Below, piece by piece: positions 62,767 through 64,000 of a stretch of DNA of 64,000 nt. The translations under genes were made by a program, and so were the position numbers. Location: NCBI RefSeq assembly GCF_006345805.1, contig NC_043001.1, positions 11,160,001 through 11,224,000 of the forward strand, written 5' to 3'. Every line of letters starts with the position of its first letter. The first letter of the stretch is position 1. The DNA is from Octopus sinensis (Eukaryota). Under the pieces are notes generated by a model, which was not told the origin of the DNA, did no database searches, and worked only from the letters and a program-made list of their open reading frames with translations.

Positions 62767-63218
62767 CTAGCAGTATCGCCCGGTGTTGCTCGGGTTTGTA
62801 AGGGAAATAACTATATAAGCATTTTTAGAGAGTTACTTCCCTTATATAAACCGAGCAAAAAATGCATTAAAAATGCGGAAAAAATGATGGTAAATTTTTT
62901 TTAATCGTAGACTCATCGTAGACACACGCTAATACCCAGAAGGGCTCGATATGAACCACAACTATTAAGCATTTTAGAGAGTTACTTCCCTTATATAAAT
63001 CGAGCAAAAATGCATTAAAAATGCGGAAAACTGATGGTAATTTTTTTTTAAATCGTAGACTCATTGTAGATGCACACTAATACCCAGAAGGGCTCGATAT
63101 GAATCACGACTATAAGATACCCGCTTATGGTTAAACTGCACCACAAAATGTGGGAGTAGTTAGGAATCTAAATCGGAGTAGACAGACACACACACAACTT
63201 CACTTTTATATATAAAGA
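62767..63218 (-). mobile_element. Helitron family A with internal deletion and ~150-bp tandem duplication
   Basis: CTAG + hairpin at 62767, TC start at 63218; 62810-62960 repeated at 62961-63115. Confidence 0.85.
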
Positions 63219-63427
63219 TATATATATATACGCAGATTTAGCTGTGTGTTTAAGGCGTTTGCTTCCCAATGTAATGGTTTTTAGTTCAATCTCACAGCAT
63301 GGTACCTTATGCAAGTGCCTTCTTCTATAGCCTTGTGAGTGTATTCAGTACTGGATTAACCATGAAGCAAAGTAAGCACGTGCTTAGGGCATCAAGGGAA
63401 GGAGGGGGACACTCCAGAAATGGTAAA

Positions 63428-63632
63428 AGGCAGAGAGCTGGCAGAAACATAAGCATGCCGGGTGTAATGCTCAGCAGTATGTCATCTGCCATTATGTTCT
63501 GAGTTCAAATTTCGCCGAGGTCGACTTTGCCTTTCATCCTTTCAGGGTCAATGAATTAAGTACCAGTTACACACTGGGATCGATGTAATCAACTTAATCC
63601 TTTTGTCTGTCCTTGTGGGCAATAAAGAAATA
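63428..63632 (+). mobile_element. SINE family 2, monomer
   Basis: 12-bp TSD AGAAATGGTAAA at 63416-63427 and 63633-63644. Confidence 0.85.
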
Positions 63633-63659
63633 AGAAATGGTAAATGGTTTATGGCACAA

Positions 63660-63990
63660 AAGAAATCACTTTAAACTTGCTAAAATAATATTTAGGGTGC
63701 CCTTGTCTCTTCTAAGTATAGATGCAGATGTGTTACCTAATATTAATTTTGAGGATCTGATCAAAGACTTTGCAATTCAAGAAAGTAGGAGGAAACTTTT
63801 CAAATATAAATAAAGTGGAATTATACAAAAATAAACATTATTCTCCCTTTTACTGTTTTGTTTCGTTTCGAAAAATAGAAATTTATTCTATGGTTTCTTA
63901 TTGTTTATATTTTGAATTACATGGTCTTTTTGGGGGCACCAAAATCTTTTAAGTGCTTAGGGTCACGATGGATCTTAATCCAGCCCCAAA
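63660..63990 (+). mobile_element. hAT transposon 3' remnant
   Basis: LSLLSIDADVLPNINFEDLIKDFAIQESRRKLF (63703-63813) resembles hAT C-terminal dimerisation region; CTTAATCCAGCCC TIR-like end. Confidence 0.6.
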
Positions 63991-64000
63991 TACATTTTGT

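Overview
AT-rich, essentially gene-free eukaryotic DNA (intron or intergenic) with a 100-N gap at 26464-26563. The repeat families look like those I associate with octopus genomes; this is an inference, not a database result. Contents: abundant microsatellites; several tRNA-derived SINE families; many 5'-truncated 3' ends of an RTE-clade LINE, with one 2.5-kb copy whose RT carries an inserted PHD-type finger; CR1-like LINE remnants; two Penelope-like elements (PLEs); Tc1/mariner and hAT remnants and a MITE; and two non-autonomous Helitron families. Almost all ORFs in the supplied track are microsatellite or repeat read-through. Most striking signal: a dispersed cassette made of a tRNA-like Pol III A/B-box head, an (AAT)n spacer, a minimal type-I hammerhead ribozyme and (TGTAAATAA)n. 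At 46.1-46.9 kb its head lies directly downstream of a Penelope GIY-YIG ORF once a nested SINE is removed, suggesting a PLE end that captured a Pol III promoter and may spawn SINE-like ribozyme units. A second, different minimal hammerhead lies downstream of a near-full-length PLE. The only host-gene candidate is a weak 62-nt terminal exon at 62199-62260.
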